A DNA stretch of 64,000 nucleotides from a virus (Duplodnaviria; Caudoviricetes). This document shows, piece after piece, positions 9,801-19,741 of this stretch (the first letter of the stretch is position 1; each line of letters opens with the position of its first letter). The notes beneath the pieces were generated by a model. That model was not told where the DNA came from. It did not search any database and worked only from the letters and a program-made list of their open reading frames with translations. The stretch is from IMG/VR virus record IMGVR_UViG_3300005805_000002, positions 10,190-74,189 of that record. The stretch is one strand, 5' to 3'. A program made the position numbers and the translations under genes.

Positions 9801-12800
9801 ACGGCTCCGGTTGCCGAAACGAAAAATGAGATAACGCCTGCTGCTGAAACGAAAAGTGAGATAGCGCCCCCAGCGGAGATAGACCAGACTCCGGATGAAC
9901 GTTGGGTATCTACCTCGCTGACAGCTTTCGAGCAGAAGCTCTCCGAGCTGTCAGGTAAGAAGTACGACAAGATCAAGGCCGCACTGAAAACCGAAGAAGG
10001 ACGCGCGGAACTCCGGAAAAAACTTGGCGGCATCTTCAGCAAGTCACTGAATCAGAACCTCCTCGATGAAGGGGTCAAAGATCCCGTGACCCGGGCCGAG
10101 GCCATCGAGAACGCTCTGTACGGGAAAACCTCTGAAACCACCGGAGAGCTTACCAAGAACGTTCTGTCTGACCTGCTGACGAATTTAGAGAATACGGGAG
10201 ATCCCTTCCAAGTAGCTAAGGGCGTTAACTATGACGCTTGGGGTGCGCGGGGTCGCGACCAGTATCGCCCCGGCATGGAACGCCAAAGCAAGCGAGGCAG
10301 CTTGGTAACGCAAGACGGCAGGACCCAAGAAGTCGCCGACGACGCTCAGGGCGGACGGACTCTTTCCTCCGGAACTGTTCTCGGGGGAGCAACCTCGACA
10401 GCGCAGCAAGAGCGAGAAGCTCGTTTGGCCGAATACGAGGCCCGTAAAAACGAGGCCGTTCAAGAAACGGCCTTGTCTATTGCCCAGAAATACGCGGCCC
10501 AGCTCGGAGAGTCTGTCGAGGATACCCGGCTGGCGATTGCCAAACTCTTGAAAGACAGCTTCGGAGTTGATGTCGACGTTGAAGCGCTGGGTTGGAGAAC
10601 TCCGGGTTCCAAGACCCGCGTTAAGACCAAGCTGGTTGCCAAGCTCAAAGGACAGGGCGACCAGATCTTCAAGGACCTCGCGACCTCTCTCCGCACCAAT
10701 CTCGCCGAGGTCACCGCCGCTGCCCGAGCGGACGGGTTGCTCCAGTCCGAACCCGCTTTCGTGAATTTGCGGCTCATCGATTTGGTCGAGCGCGAGATTG
10801 TCATCGGACTAGAGACAGCCGAGACCCTCAATGCGGCTGCTAACGAAGCCCGCCGTACGGGTTCGATTGCCCCGCTCGAAGCGGCCTTGCGCTACATTAA
10901 AGGGAACGAAGCCATCGGGTATGCGATTTCGGACGCCGTTGCTACGGTCCTGAATAATGGCAAGCCGCTGACCAATCCCGAACGACTTTCCTCCCTGACC
11001 AACGACGACCTACGGGCAGTGGCTCAAAGCCCGCTGCTTCCGGAAGGTGTCGGCGCGGTTCTCTCGGCACTCACCGAAATCGGCGGCGATCCGCTCGACG
11101 TAGTCTCCAAGTCTTCTCGACCGGAGTTCCGGTTGCTTGCCGGGGTCCTCAAGGAAGCCCGGAAGGGAAGCCCCCGGGAGTCCTTGGTATACAACTTTGC
11201 GCTTCTGCCCCAACTCTTCGGCGAGCGCCAGACGGCACAGGGTTACTGGTGGGCCAGCAACAAAGATACCATCTACGTTTCTCCGTTCAGCGAGAGCGTC
11301 GAGGGCACGGCCCTCCACGAGTACCTTCACGCTTTGGTTAACGATAAGTTGGATATTTTCCTCCGCGACCCTGACAGCGAGCTTATCACCGAATCGGAGC
11401 GCGAAGCGTTTAACGAGCTGATCGAACTCAAGACCCAAGTCGAAGCCGAGGCCCTCCAACGGCTCGCAGATGCCGAAGCCCGGGGCATGTCGAAAGACGC
11501 GCTCCGTCAAATGCGTCGCGACCTTCTCGGAGGTGTCAACAACACCAGTATCGATCTGTCTGAGTTTCTCAACGAGTCGCTGAACCACCAGCCGTTCCAG
11601 CAATTCCTCTCGGAACTCAAGTCCGACAAGGCAGGCAAGTCTCTCTACGCAAAAGTCCTCAACGCTATTCTCCGATTTGTCGTCGGCCGTAAAGTCGCAG
11701 CCGATTCAACGCTCCAACGGGCGTTTGAATTGACCGTTTCAATTGCTTCGGATACCCGCCAGAATCTGCCGATCCAGCAGCGCAATCCGACGCAGGTCCA
11801 GTTCATGCGCCGTTTGCAGACGAGACTCGGTCGTCCTCTTACTCCAGAGGAAACGAAACTAGCCGCCCAAGACTTTGCAGTTAAATACCCGCATCCGGCG
11901 TCCGTTGACACCGAGGCTCAGGCTGCCGAGGCAGCCGGGCAACTTAACGAAGCGGGTATCGACTCGTTCAATGCGCTGGCTTTTGAGTTCGTCTCTCCCA
12001 ATGAAAAGGAGGACGTGTCCTTTGAGCAGGCCCTTGCCGAGCTGAATGCCGAACAGCAGGGAGCTTTGAAAGAATTTGGAGACCGCGTCAACGAGGCGCT
12101 GGGGATCACAGGAGCCACTGCAACCGACGCCATCGGAGACTGGGCTGACGGCGCGGAACCGACCACAGTAACCGAGCATCAGAGCGACATCCCGTACGAG
12201 GATCTTAGAATCTTGGCTGCCTTGAAAGCCGCCTTCGCTAACCAGAAGGCTGCTATTGCTTTCAAAGCAGATCCAACGGGAGAGCAGTTCCTGTACGAAC
12301 TGATTATCCCCGGCACTATGGAGGAGGCGCGGGACATCCTTTCCGCCGCCGGAATCCAATATCGCACTTTGATTGAACAAGAGGGCAGCTCGCGTGTCAT
12401 TATATTCGACGCTGACGGGTCGGCCTTTGATTCTTTCGCAGACCTAGTACAATCCAACAACTATGAATTCAACTTCTTCAACGGGCGCGGCGAGTTTATC
12501 GGAAGCGGAGACTCCCGGACCCAAAGCAAGGAAATATACGCCGGAACAATTGCGGCAGAAATTGACCGCCTTGGGCGGCAAGGACAAAACGCTGGACCCG
12601 GCAGCCCCGAGAGCATTCGAGCTACCCGTCTCCGGGAACTCGCCGTCGAAGCCGGACTCGGAGACCAGCCTACCTTACAAGCGAGCGCCCAAGGGTTGGG
12701 ACCCGATAGCGGAAGCAACCAAGTTCAAAGGCAAAACGTTCGGCCCAACGCCGAGCCAAACCCCTTCGTCCAAGAAGGCGTAAGCGGCTACAACCGGAAG

Positions 12801-15800
12801 TTCGGCTTAGGCCGAGTCATTCAGGGGCACTACGCCCCGGTCAACGAGCAGCGGGCCCGCAATATCGCCGCAGCCTACGAGGCTCTCCCGGTCCTCGACA
12901 ACAGTCCGGAAACACTAGAGGCCTATCGCCAACTAGCTTTGGAAATCCAGCGGCAGTGGGACTTTGCCATCAACGAGATGGGGGTCACCTTCGAGCCGTG
13001 GACTAGCGAAGGTCAGCCGTACGCCAACTCACGCGAGATGGTCCGCGACGTTCGCGACAATAAACATCTCTGGTTCTTCACAGGCGGGGAGCCCCATCCG
13101 CTTCTCAACGAGCCCGACGAGAACGGGCTCACGATGAACGACAAACTGCGCGCGATTCACGACCTCTTCGGTCACGCCGCAGAAGACTACCAGTTCGGCG
13201 CTCGTGGAGAGGAGAACGCTTGGATCAAGCATAGCCAAATGTTCTCGCCGCTGGCCCAACGCGCGCTCACGACCGAAACCCGTGGTCAAAATTCTTGGGT
13301 CAACTTCGGCCCGCAAAACTACGCTGCCGACGGCACGAAGATCAGCATTCCCGCCGCCGAGCGCCCGTTCGCCGTGCAAAAAGTGGCTCTGCTTCCCGAG
13401 CAGTTCATGGACTGGCGAGGCGCACTTAATGAAAGCCCCGCGCCAAGTGCCAGCCAACCTACTACGCCTCCGAGGGCTGAGCTTTCCGAAGACGCTTTCG
13501 AGAGCATGATGGAAGCTCGGGAGTACGTTCGCCGCAGGTTCCTCCAAGCAGCGAAGGCCCTGAACACCGATATCTACCCGAATCTCGGAGGTTACACTGC
13601 CCATTACGTTTATAGCGGTCCCAAGGGGTCTCATTTCATCGAGTACAATCCTTACGACTTGGTCGGCATGAACCCCGCTCAAGTGGACGCCATGATGCGT
13701 GAAGAGCTTATTCACGCGGCCAGTGGTCTCGTTCTCCGACAAAAGGGAATAGACTGGGAAGACTTCTATGGTGACCTCGCCAACTCACTGACCAAAAAGC
13801 AACGGGCCCAGCTCAAGCAAGTTTACACATCGGCCAATACTGCGGTGGACGTGGGGGCTGAGTACTTTCGCGCGGGGGTTCAGAAACTCTTGTACGGAAC
13901 GATCACCGAGCAGGAGATGAAAGAAACCGCGATGCAAAAAATCGTGGCTCTTCTCAAGGACGTCGTCGCCTATTTCACTAAGGCGAAAATGTCGCCCGCC
14001 GTACGGGAAGTTTACGATGAGACGGTCAAGATGGTACGCCGGGCGGATCCCAAGTTCGCCGCGAAGGGTCCTTCGGCTAGCGAGGCTCCGGGATTGTCGC
14101 CGCAAGCAGCCTTCACTTACCTAGACGGGTACCAGAGACTTTTGAAGAGCTTCCGCGACGCCGAGATTCGCAGCTTCAAAGAGAAATCGAAGTTCCTCAC
14201 CGAGCCCGAGCGGGCCAAGTTCCGCGAAGATACCCGCAGGACTTTCTTGGAGATATACAAGTCGCTCCCCAGCGAAAAAGAATTCGCCGCCGTCGCTCTC
14301 GGTGGTCAGGCAAAGCGCGGATGGTACGAAAATTCGACCAAGGCCCTCGTCCAAGTATTCGGGGTGGACGCACCAAGATTCGCCGCACTGCTCGCCGCAA
14401 CCAGCCCGCAGACGAGTGTCGAAAACAACTTGGTCAATGCCCTCAACATCTGGAAAAACTGGGTAGCCGCAGGCCGTCCGACGGACCGGACCTCGATTGT
14501 TCGGGTCATGGGCGACTCGGTGATGGGGAATAAAGGTGAGGACAGTGTCTTGGACGCTTGGGTGAACAACAGCGTCCGGGCTCTGGCTTCCGAGTTCCCC
14601 GACGAGCTGACCATCAGCGGGCCCAAGGTCAACTCGTTCATGCTGAACCTGCGCGGGTTCGTTAACGAAGTCACCAACGATGCGTGGATGGCGAACTTCG
14701 CTTTGGTTGATCAAACGATCTTCAGCGGCAGCCTGAATGCGGATGGCACTGACCCCGGAAAACGCCCGGGATACCTAGCCATGTCTGCAAGAGTTCGGGC
14801 GGCGGCGGACTACTTGACCAAACTGACCGGGGAAACTTGGACGCCTGCCGAAGTTCAAGAGACTGTGTGGTCTTGGGCTAAGACTCTTTACGAACTGCAA
14901 GAAAGAAAAGGTGAGACGCGTGACGCTCTGGAAATTCTCCAAGCCGGAGAACTGACCGACGAGGCCATTGCGGCGACACCGGACTTTGCTACATTACTAG
15001 ACGATGGAGACTACAGAAAAATCCTCGAAGAAGCCGGATACGGAGAAGCCCTTGCTGGACTCTCTGGACTCCGTTCTGGACCAGATGGAAGAACCGAGCG
15101 ACGCTTTGCTCCAGAAACAGGCTCGCCTGTTGCAGAAGTTATACGAAAAGGCCAAGAGCGAGCAGCGGCCCGCCTAGCCAAGCTCTACCAAATCAGGGCG
15201 CAGGAAAGCGAAAAGAACCGGATTCCCGGACCGAAAGCCAGCGCCCCCAGTTTTGTCTCCGCCCCCGTTGCCGGGTTTATCCCCAGCACGTTCGGGCCGG
15301 ATGCCCGTACCTCCAGTGAGGCCCTTTACCGTCTGAGGTTCATGTCTCCGGACTACGCTCCGATTGGACGGGCGCTTGCCGACAAAACCCACTTCAAGTG
15401 GACCGAGACTGAAACCAAGGATAAAGCCCTTGAGTTCATCGACGTTGCCCACAACGGAGACCTGAAGGCCGCTTTCTACTCCTCGCTAAACGGGGGAGGT
15501 TTGACCTCCGAACAGGCCGTTATGGTACAGGGTTTTGTCCTGAAAAGAACTCAGGATGCCGCCAATGCCGCGCAAGCTGAAATTGCCAAGCTCGTCAACG
15601 CGGCCAGCACTTCAGTAGACGCCAGCGAGAAGAGCAAAATCTTGAAACGGGTTCGCGACTTGGAGCTTGTTCGAGACCTTCTCCAGCAGGACGCGGACGC
15701 TTTTGCTGACCGAGTTGCCGACTCCGCCAGCGCAGCGGGTTCGGAGCTAAGGGCCTTCCGCTTGCTGGCCGACACATTGGTTCCCCGCTCGTGGGTTCGC

Positions 15801-18800
15801 CAATACGTACGTCCGATCTCCAAGGTTCAGGAGAACGCCGTCAAGAAGGACAAGACTGGCCGAGACATCATGGCCGCGCTGATCAGCGCCCGTCGCGCAG
15901 CCGCGAATAAAGCAGCCAAGCGCATCGATTCGCTTCTCAAGCAAGCAGCCAAGAACTTCGTTCCCAAGAAACTGTCGCAGGAAGAAATCGAAGCGGCCAC
16001 TCAAGTGGCTCGTATGCTGGCAGCTCCCATTCCGGTCCGGGATCAAATTGTTAATGCGGCGGTTGAAGACGCTGTCATACAAGGCTTGGAGACCATCAAG
16101 CGCGGAGTCAACCCGCAGCAGAAAGACCTCCAGTCGATCTTGAACGTTTGGGAGAAACGTCTCCGGGATACCGCGACCGAGCAGCTCAACAAAGGCATTC
16201 AAGACAGGCTGACTGGCGGCTTGGTTGCCTCGCCTCAGCCTACGCTCACCGAAGAAGAGAAGCGCGAAGCCGAGGCCAGAAAGCTCGCCGATTTCTGGAG
16301 AGAGTTCAGCGATCTCCCGTTCGCCGAAACCGTGTTCAATATCGCGCAGTCGAAAATTTCGTCCGCAGATACCCCATACGCCAACTTGGTGAAGGGCGTG
16401 AAGTTTGATCCGGCAGCTAGCGCAATTCTTAAACGCACGGTGCGCGGCTCGATCAATATCGCCGAAGAGATCCGTAAGACAGCGGACGAGCGTGGGTTGA
16501 CTCTCGATGTACTGAAAGCCCGGTTAGCCCAGCATAACCCGAGCCTGACCGACACTCAGCTAGCCCGATTGGCCGAAGCTGTGGAGAAAGTTTACAACGC
16601 CGAAGTTCAGGAAGCCGCTAAGGCCGCGTTGGAACGCATCAAGAAAGCTGCCGTCACACCGGAAGCCAAGCGGATCGTGGACAACAACGTTATCCAGAGG
16701 CTTCTCCCGTTGGTCAACATGGGAGTCTTCTCTGATGAAGCCGCGTACAACGCCGTCGCCGAGAAATACGGCTTGCCGACCTACAACGAGGACGCCGTCA
16801 AACGTCTGGAAAAGATGGCGACCGAATTGCAGGCCCTGCCGGAGGGTTCGTTCCAGCGCCTCGAAGGCGGGCAACGTCTTGCCTTGGAAATTTTGAAAGC
16901 GCACTTCGGAAGCGCGAAAGGAAAGCAAAAACTTCGACACCTTAACAATGTCGCCAGCGCTTTCTGGACTGCGGCTATCCTGAGTGCTCCTCCCACTCAA
17001 ATCGTCAACGCCTCAATGACGTCGGTCTCCGTATTCTTGGAATCTATGGCCGAAGCGACGGGTTACTACTTCGCTGGACGCAGGGCGGGCATGAGCCGTT
17101 CGGACGCACGAGAATTTTTCAAAGACGCAGCCCGCGCGTGGCTCTTCGCCTTCGGCAAGAACGCGTCGAATACTTCTCGTCGAGCCATCGACGAGGCCTA
17201 CATGGCGCTCAAAAAAGGGACGACACGATTCAAAGCCGAGAAGATGGAAGATCTCGCTCCGCTGGAAATGTTCGACTTCGACCCGAAAGTGGCGATCCCG
17301 GGCAACGCGATGATGGACGCGATCTCCTCCGGGGAATTCAAGAAGGCCGGAAAAGCAGCCAAAGAGACCGCCCAAGCTGTGGGCCGCACGATGGCGGGTC
17401 GGGCTAAGGGTGTTGCTCTTGGTCTAGTCTCCGGAGACATGAACCGCGCGGGCAGGTCAGCCAAAGACGCGCTGAAAGACTACGCGGCTACAATGAAAGT
17501 TGTCGGCCGCATGATGCTCGCCGCTGATGCTGTCAATAGCACCTCTGCGACTTCCGCCAAACAGATGATGATGAAAAGGTATCTTATGGCGACGCAGGAC
17601 GGCTTGTCCTCAAGCGAGATCGAAACCCAAATGACTGAAATCCGGAATGGCGGAAACCAGAATATCAAGGACATGGCTCTGGCTACGGCTGAGGATGAAG
17701 CCGTCCGGGGCGACTTCGGTCCTTCGGGAACACGTGAGCACGATATCGCCAAAGCCCGTCGGGTAGAACAGATCATTGAGCAACAGACGTACGGGCCAGA
17801 GGTAATGGATCGGGGGCGCGACTTTGCGGCCGTGGCTTCCTTCAATAGCGATCCGTACGGAGTAGTTGGATGGTTTATGACCTTTCTGTTCGGGAACATG
17901 AACAAGGTCGGGGGAGTAGTTCTCAAGCCGATCAACCCGTTTCCAAAGACCGTATCGAACCTACTTAACGCCGCACTTAACTACACGCCGTACGGAAACT
18001 TGCGGGCTATGGGCTGGAACATCAGCAACCAGTTAGTTTTTGATGAGGATAACAAGTTCTTCCGAGCCGCTCCCGAGACGCACTCACCGGAATGGTACGC
18101 CGCTCATGCGAGGGGATTAGCCGGAACGTCCGCGCTGGTCCTGCTGGGAGCGCTAATCAAAGGGGCTGCTGACGAGCGGGATGAAGGTCGAGTACCGTGG
18201 TTTGAAATTTTTGGAGCGGGCCCAAAGACAGCAAGAGAGCGCCGTCAATGGAGAGAGGCCGGAGGTGTTCAATTCAGTATTAAGATGGGTAATCTGGTCC
18301 TTCGGTACACCGACTGGCCGGGCTTGAGTATCGCGCTTGGGGTGCTTGGAACCCTTTACGACAACCATGTGTGGGGCAACAAAGAGCAGACCTTCGTAGA
18401 CAAGCTCTTCGTTGGCATGACTTCCGTGATCGGCACGACGCTAAACAGGAACATGCTCGGCGGAGCCAGTGTTGTTTTCGATATGGTGTCTTCGAGTACC
18501 TCTGACGACCAGAAGCAGGCGGCGTGGGCGCGGTATTTAGCAAGCTATCCGCAGGGATTTATTCGTCCCGCGCTCGTCCGCTGGGCGGAGACAATCGCTA
18601 CTGGAACATATCAGGAGAACCGCAGTTTGCCGGGCTGGATCCTTTCCCAGATGCCTGTGGTCGGAGCTTTCCGTGGCCGACCTTCACTCAACGTTCTCGG
18701 CGAACCAATACAAATAACCGCATGGGATGCGACAGCAGGGAGACTTGTATCGTTAAAGGATACACACCCGATTCTCTCCCCGCTTACGGACGCCAATTTG

Positions 18801-19079
18801 TTTATCAATCCGGCGCAGGCCTACAAGCTAGTCGATTCCTCCTCTGAAGTGGGCCTGCGGGAGATGTCGCAGTCGGAGCTGTACGACTACGCGAAGATTT
18901 ACGGAGAAGAACTTCGCAGGGTTTTGACCCCGTCTTTGGTGGACAACCTCGTCAAGATGGCCCGACAGAACCCCGAAGCAGCGCAGGACACTCTTAACGA
19001 GTTTGCTCTCGCTGCCAGAAACCGCGCGCAGGCTGCCATGCGGTCGCAACGGAACTTTCAAAAAGCGCCGAACCGATGA
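6834..19079 (+). CDS. Giant (4081 aa) polyvalent internal virion/DNA-ejection protein
   Basis: Helical N- and C-terminal regions flank apparent enzyme-like modules: HEYLH (11316), HDLFGH (13158), REELIH (13698) and an ATSPQ...GPKVNSF...VTNDAWM domain (14379-14691). T/G/P/Q-rich linker at ~8960-9530. Confidence 0.75.
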   Translation: MAFNESALEQPYMSWDDVVSSEAYRSRNNEERLETFDNWSEYNVAYRQKQMGGMDPEAIKQVEPALKEEEEWMVSKREELAGRYSIPGLLEREGVPAEDSGRVIDILQDSSSLKQQGFSDKQISEAREKVWDAYGQSFKFSQTGPSGELSESDEELKKRFWEDPTVGDNLNTVWNQFANNTYTVALRTLAGIADFSDRGSAMLANAGSMLGLPEDEKYTDFEGKKDERFFGSIANWARGLSDEISAGLPTDPRLGRYTQAAIGGATQMPINLVTAPFTALNAVTNYGQMYEDNYQTFRDAHARAIYDEAVDAGRISPETSFDLWESRLTDEEKADISGAAAWKAAIVAVPQAALETVMDKFLVNGIPLEGVPGGKVVGSLMSWGRRSMPKVTAATAIFGSATAKGVGEAITEGLQDFPKNVVETAIEGKATGVGDFVARSFKDLDLSMVGGFAGGTTAGGITANTTLRQERAAQWAIGMVDQTSDVYKKAAERVEQTKQQAGEQSLQYKEASRNFEALQDQAHWILNKLSDPKADSTRAAVAEERAKATKTFRDEFTNWAKQNGFENALAAGTEGNRDFNRKVAEIRGRFANLRRAAQSQGLTQTAQAINEAERTQVAEAAKELTDRQKEAQDAINAFIGSVDQTGPGRAAYARSEIMRVFPDFAFSEDFKNDDVVIGILDALESREINADTDLAAWLQKEIPSAKVEDNVANPPSETVQAPTATQTQTTPQDNGQTSTENQTSGETAAVPDAATDGSGTGVGSETGGTGTVSVVETATDTGNTQAPGTTTTANVPAVNLSADPELETAVTQAKTAEEFEAWAKKNKRDAIRPPEGGIYSPRVYWSTRQQQAENQTQQAPEETTQNVETTAETGATGETTPESTANETQPTPPPAVDTAAIVAEVEANPQTHSRKVGRKTEISREAAVAALSKLPEGTISRRQAIELGKSLNLSGPRVARLAALRGDAAAASDILAGKYDADLGLFDRATAPVAETKNEITPAAETKSEIAPPAEIDQTPDERWVSTSLTAFEQKLSELSGKKYDKIKAALKTEEGRAELRKKLGGIFSKSLNQNLLDEGVKDPVTRAEAIENALYGKTSETTGELTKNVLSDLLTNLENTGDPFQVAKGVNYDAWGARGRDQYRPGMERQSKRGSLVTQDGRTQEVADDAQGGRTLSSGTVLGGATSTAQQEREARLAEYEARKNEAVQETALSIAQKYAAQLGESVEDTRLAIAKLLKDSFGVDVDVEALGWRTPGSKTRVKTKLVAKLKGQGDQIFKDLATSLRTNLAEVTAAARADGLLQSEPAFVNLRLIDLVEREIVIGLETAETLNAAANEARRTGSIAPLEAALRYIKGNEAIGYAISDAVATVLNNGKPLTNPERLSSLTNDDLRAVAQSPLLPEGVGAVLSALTEIGGDPLDVVSKSSRPEFRLLAGVLKEARKGSPRESLVYNFALLPQLFGERQTAQGYWWASNKDTIYVSPFSESVEGTALHEYLHALVNDKLDIFLRDPDSELITESEREAFNELIELKTQVEAEALQRLADAEARGMSKDALRQMRRDLLGGVNNTSIDLSEFLNESLNHQPFQQFLSELKSDKAGKSLYAKVLNAILRFVVGRKVAADSTLQRAFELTVSIASDTRQNLPIQQRNPTQVQFMRRLQTRLGRPLTPEETKLAAQDFAVKYPHPASVDTEAQAAEAAGQLNEAGIDSFNALAFEFVSPNEKEDVSFEQALAELNAEQQGALKEFGDRVNEALGITGATATDAIGDWADGAEPTTVTEHQSDIPYEDLRILAALKAAFANQKAAIAFKADPTGEQFLYELIIPGTMEEARDILSAAGIQYRTLIEQEGSSRVIIFDADGSAFDSFADLVQSNNYEFNFFNGRGEFIGSGDSRTQSKEIYAGTIAAEIDRLGRQGQNAGPGSPESIRATRLRELAVEAGLGDQPTLQASAQGLGPDSGSNQVQRQNVRPNAEPNPFVQEGVSGYNRKFGLGRVIQGHYAPVNEQRARNIAAAYEALPVLDNSPETLEAYRQLALEIQRQWDFAINEMGVTFEPWTSEGQPYANSREMVRDVRDNKHLWFFTGGEPHPLLNEPDENGLTMNDKLRAIHDLFGHAAEDYQFGARGEENAWIKHSQMFSPLAQRALTTETRGQNSWVNFGPQNYAADGTKISIPAAERPFAVQKVALLPEQFMDWRGALNESPAPSASQPTTPPRAELSEDAFESMMEAREYVRRRFLQAAKALNTDIYPNLGGYTAHYVYSGPKGSHFIEYNPYDLVGMNPAQVDAMMREELIHAASGLVLRQKGIDWEDFYGDLANSLTKKQRAQLKQVYTSANTAVDVGAEYFRAGVQKLLYGTITEQEMKETAMQKIVALLKDVVAYFTKAKMSPAVREVYDETVKMVRRADPKFAAKGPSASEAPGLSPQAAFTYLDGYQRLLKSFRDAEIRSFKEKSKFLTEPERAKFREDTRRTFLEIYKSLPSEKEFAAVALGGQAKRGWYENSTKALVQVFGVDAPRFAALLAATSPQTSVENNLVNALNIWKNWVAAGRPTDRTSIVRVMGDSVMGNKGEDSVLDAWVNNSVRALASEFPDELTISGPKVNSFMLNLRGFVNEVTNDAWMANFALVDQTIFSGSLNADGTDPGKRPGYLAMSARVRAAADYLTKLTGETWTPAEVQETVWSWAKTLYELQERKGETRDALEILQAGELTDEAIAATPDFATLLDDGDYRKILEEAGYGEALAGLSGLRSGPDGRTERRFAPETGSPVAEVIRKGQERAAARLAKLYQIRAQESEKNRIPGPKASAPSFVSAPVAGFIPSTFGPDARTSSEALYRLRFMSPDYAPIGRALADKTHFKWTETETKDKALEFIDVAHNGDLKAAFYSSLNGGGLTSEQAVMVQGFVLKRTQDAANAAQAEIAKLVNAASTSVDASEKSKILKRVRDLELVRDLLQQDADAFADRVADSASAAGSELRAFRLLADTLVPRSWVRQYVRPISKVQENAVKKDKTGRDIMAALISARRAAANKAAKRIDSLLKQAAKNFVPKKLSQEEIEAATQVARMLAAPIPVRDQIVNAAVEDAVIQGLETIKRGVNPQQKDLQSILNVWEKRLRDTATEQLNKGIQDRLTGGLVASPQPTLTEEEKREAEARKLADFWREFSDLPFAETVFNIAQSKISSADTPYANLVKGVKFDPAASAILKRTVRGSINIAEEIRKTADERGLTLDVLKARLAQHNPSLTDTQLARLAEAVEKVYNAEVQEAAKAALERIKKAAVTPEAKRIVDNNVIQRLLPLVNMGVFSDEAAYNAVAEKYGLPTYNEDAVKRLEKMATELQALPEGSFQRLEGGQRLALEILKAHFGSAKGKQKLRHLNNVASAFWTAAILSAPPTQIVNASMTSVSVFLESMAEATGYYFAGRRAGMSRSDAREFFKDAARAWLFAFGKNASNTSRRAIDEAYMALKKGTTRFKAEKMEDLAPLEMFDFDPKVAIPGNAMMDAISSGEFKKAGKAAKETAQAVGRTMAGRAKGVALGLVSGDMNRAGRSAKDALKDYAATMKVVGRMMLAADAVNSTSATSAKQMMMKRYLMATQDGLSSSEIETQMTEIRNGGNQNIKDMALATAEDEAVRGDFGPSGTREHDIAKARRVEQIIEQQTYGPEVMDRGRDFAAVASFNSDPYGVVGWFMTFLFGNMNKVGGVVLKPINPFPKTVSNLLNAALNYTPYGNLRAMGWNISNQLVFDEDNKFFRAAPETHSPEWYAAHARGLAGTSALVLLGALIKGAADERDEGRVPWFEIFGAGPKTARERRQWREAGGVQFSIKMGNLVLRYTDWPGLSIALGVLGTLYDNHVWGNKEQTFVDKLFVGMTSVIGTTLNRNMLGGASVVFDMVSSSTSDDQKQAAWARYLASYPQGFIRPALVRWAETIATGTYQENRSLPGWILSQMPVVGAFRGRPSLNVLGEPIQITAWDATAGRLVSLKDTHPILSPLTDANLFINPAQAYKLVDSSSEVGLREMSQSELYDYAKIYGEELRRVLTPSLVDNLVKMARQNPEAAQDTLNEFALAARNRAQAAMRSQRNFQKAPNR

Positions 19080-19741
19080 AGGAGATGCGGTTGGTTGACG
19101 TGGCCCGCGTACCCGGCGAAGGCTGGAAAGCCAAGCAGCCGGAGACCGGATTTGTGGTTAAAGGCCAAAGCCTTCCCGGACTTATCCGGAATGTGCTGGT
19201 TTACCGGAATGCCAATCAGCTTCCGTGTCCGGCAAACTATAAGCGCATGGTAGAAAGCCAAGTTTGCGCGACCATGCCCGCCGACGAAGCTCTCGAAAAA
19301 TGCATGGCTTTGGCGAAAGACGACCAGCAAAACCCGCCCGAGCTTCGACAGCGGCGGTCCTCTATAGAAGACCTAAAGAACTTTGCCTTGGCCGTGGAAG
19401 GTCTCATTGAATCCAGAGCCACGGGTACGCGTGTCCATGTGGACAAGGAAGAAGCTGAGCGCCGTGCGGAGATCTGCGCCAAGTGCCCCAAGAATCTTCC
19501 GGTCGGAAACTGCTGGGGATGCGGGGTTCTTGGAAACCTTTACCGCAAGCTGCTTGGGCACCTTTCCTCGTCCAAAGATCCGGTGCTCCAATCCTGCGAC
19601 GTATGCGGATGCGACAACAAGGTCAGCGTTCACCTCGCCGACGATGTCCACGCTTTAGTTGCCGAGAAGCAGGGGCTTTCGGCCGACGAGTTTCCAAGCC
19701 CGTGTTGGAAGAAAGACATACTTAGAGGGGGTGCCGTATGA
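19076..19741 (+). CDS. Cys-rich protein with a DUF6171-like metal-binding cluster
   Basis: RRAEICAKCP...CWGC...CDVCGC...CW; start overlaps the previous stop (ATGA). Confidence 0.6.
   Translation: MKEMRLVDVARVPGEGWKAKQPETGFVVKGQSLPGLIRNVLVYRNANQLPCPANYKRMVESQVCATMPADEALEKCMALAKDDQQNPPELRQRRSSIEDLKNFALAVEGLIESRATGTRVHVDKEEAERRAEICAKCPKNLPVGNCWGCGVLGNLYRKLLGHLSSSKDPVLQSCDVCGCDNKVSVHLADDVHALVAEKQGLSADEFPSPCWKKDILRGGAV

Noticed and set aside
6834-19079. Giant protein as a virion RNA polymerase (N4- or crAss-like)
   Set aside because: I found neither single-subunit RNAP motifs nor a DxDxD-type double-psi-barrel motif by eye.
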